DNA of 64,000 nt, taken from NCBI RefSeq assembly GCF_016432865.1, contig NC_067401.1:137144001-137208000 (forward strand). The letters are read 5' to 3'. Position 1 is the stretch's first letter, and each line of letters begins with the position of its first letter. The position numbers and the translations under genes were made by a program. The notes beneath the pieces are model-generated. The model made no database searches. It worked only from the letters and a program-made list of their open reading frames with translations, and was not told the DNA's origin. This document shows positions 62,422-64,000 of the stretch, piece after piece. This DNA comes from Antechinus flavipes (taxonomy: Eukaryota).

Positions 62422-63717
62422 CAGAGCCGCATCAGCAGGACCGGGGCCAATTACTATGCATGTAATATATTTTCTACGATATATAATAAAAGCCTGTATT
62501 TTCTATTACTTAGAATATCTACAGGGTGTGAAGGAAATCCCTTAACACAGACTTCCAGATTTCTCTCTCTTAATATAGTTCTCATTCCCATTTATTTATT
62601 TTTCTTAGTTTGAGGGGAGTAGACCGCCATTTAATTTTCTGGACTCTTTATTCCTGGGTTATCTCTCTCCCCTTANNNNNNNNNNNNNNNNNNNNNNNNN
62701 NNNNNNNNNNNNNNNNNNNNNNNNNNNNNNNNNNNNNNNNNNNNNNNNNNNNNNNNNNNNNNNNNNNNNNNNNNNNNNNNNNNNNNNNNNNNNNNNNNNN
62801 NNNNNNNNNNNNNNNNNNTCGACTAGCAGTTTGGACTGAGGTCAGATGCAAGACTCTCTGGTATACCCAAGTCAGACCAACCTAGGCAGTGAAGCAACAC
62901 CAAAAATAATTACAAACTTTTAGCTAGAAGGAATGGGTGTGGTGATTGCTCCAAGATTGAGAGGTAATCGAAGTCCAACAGAAAGTGGGGACACAGAACC
63001 TCAAGAAACCAAACCTATGGTTCTCGAAAGGGGTCCTGGAAAGAAAAATAGATCTTTCAAGTTCCCAGCACAGTCTCTCATACTTTCTAAGAGTACACTT
63101 CCTGATTGCTGCTTGTGGTTGAGGTAAAGCAAAGGAAAATAAAAATCTTAAAGAAGGCATCCTTAGAAAGCACTCCAAATCTCATGTTCTGAAAAAGCTA
63201 AGCAGACTAAGTGAAGAAAGGATACAGGAAAGACAGATCGAGGAGAGGACTTTTCCAAATGAATCCAAATGAGAAACCCTTGGCCTGGTAGGGACCTCAT
63301 TTTTTTTTTCCCTTAGAGAACAGAGATGGGGCACTGGAATAATTCCACGGATCTTCTGAAGAGTATGGTTTTCCTCCTAGGGAAATCTGGAAGAAACAAT
63401 CCTTTTCCGACTCTAGGAATTCCCGCTTACAGCAAACTAGTTAAGAAAAGCTAATCCCAGTTGATCCTATGGATGAGGATTCTACATTGGAAGGGTAATA
63501 ATTTTACTGGGCCCTAAGTATTTACTCCGCAATTATTTACCTATGACTACCTAAAGGTGACATTCTTTATCGCGGGCATGATTTGTTCAAGACAAGAAGG
63601 AAACCGGAAAAAGAGGGAAGTCGGTACTTAGGCAGTTGTTTTAGTCCCAGTAAAATGGTTTAGACTGGGGAGAAGCAGCAGGGATGCCTGGAGCAAAGAT
63701 ATGGGTAGGTGCGGAGA

Positions 63718-63724
<7 letters not shown>

Positions 63725-63791
<67 letters not shown>
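63725..63791. repeat. (GA)n microsatellite
   Basis: Long uninterrupted GA run. Confidence 0.97.
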
Positions 63792-63793
<2 letters not shown>

Positions 63794-64000
63794 CAACTCT
63801 CCCCCAAACTCATAACCATTTCTTTCATATCTTTTCCTTTCTCTCCTTTACTGGATTAGAACTCGGGCTTCCCAATTTAGAAGCTCAGTTCCTGAAAGCA
63901 AATATAGAGCCCATCGTTTCTAGGAGTGGGAATGGTGGGGGTGGAAATGGAGAGATAGATCCCCAACTCTCCTTCTATAAGGTTAAGGCAATTCCACCTC

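Noticed and set aside
58200-64000. HOXB9 or miR-196a-1 in the right-hand spacer
   Set aside because: No paralogue-9 homeobox or miR-196 hairpin is present; both should lie beyond the window.

Overview
This is a vertebrate HOXB cluster segment, with all Hox genes on the minus strand. It runs from the HOXB3 5'-leader region (left) through HOXB4, miR-10a, HOXB5, HOXB6, HOXB7 and HOXB8 into the HOXB8-HOXB9 spacer; HOXB9 is not reached. The proteins are mammalian but keep some bird-like (ancestral) residues. With the L2/MIR-type fragments and very abundant (GA)n/(CA)n microsatellites, this suggests a marsupial (inference). Fifteen N-runs remove the start codons of HOXB4, HOXB5 and HOXB7 and the HOXB7 C-terminus. 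Recognisable regulatory elements are three DR5 retinoic acid response elements, the Hox4 intron HB-1 element, three CTCF motifs, a Cdx-site cluster upstream of HOXB8 and miR-196 sites in the HOXB6/7/8 3'UTRs. The strongest novel candidates are: (1) an AUG in a distal HOXB6 leader exon that splices in frame and would add 30 N-terminal residues to HOXB6; (2) outward-facing splice donors on both sides of the gap at about 29.8 kb, suggesting a bidirectional promoter; (3) a uORF with five tandem AUGs in a candidate HOXB3 leader exon; (4) a repeated E-box-(10-12 nt)-CCAAT promoter module. Comparisons with human, mouse and chicken are from memory and need alignment to confirm. No prokaryotic-type system or novel protein-coding gene is supported.
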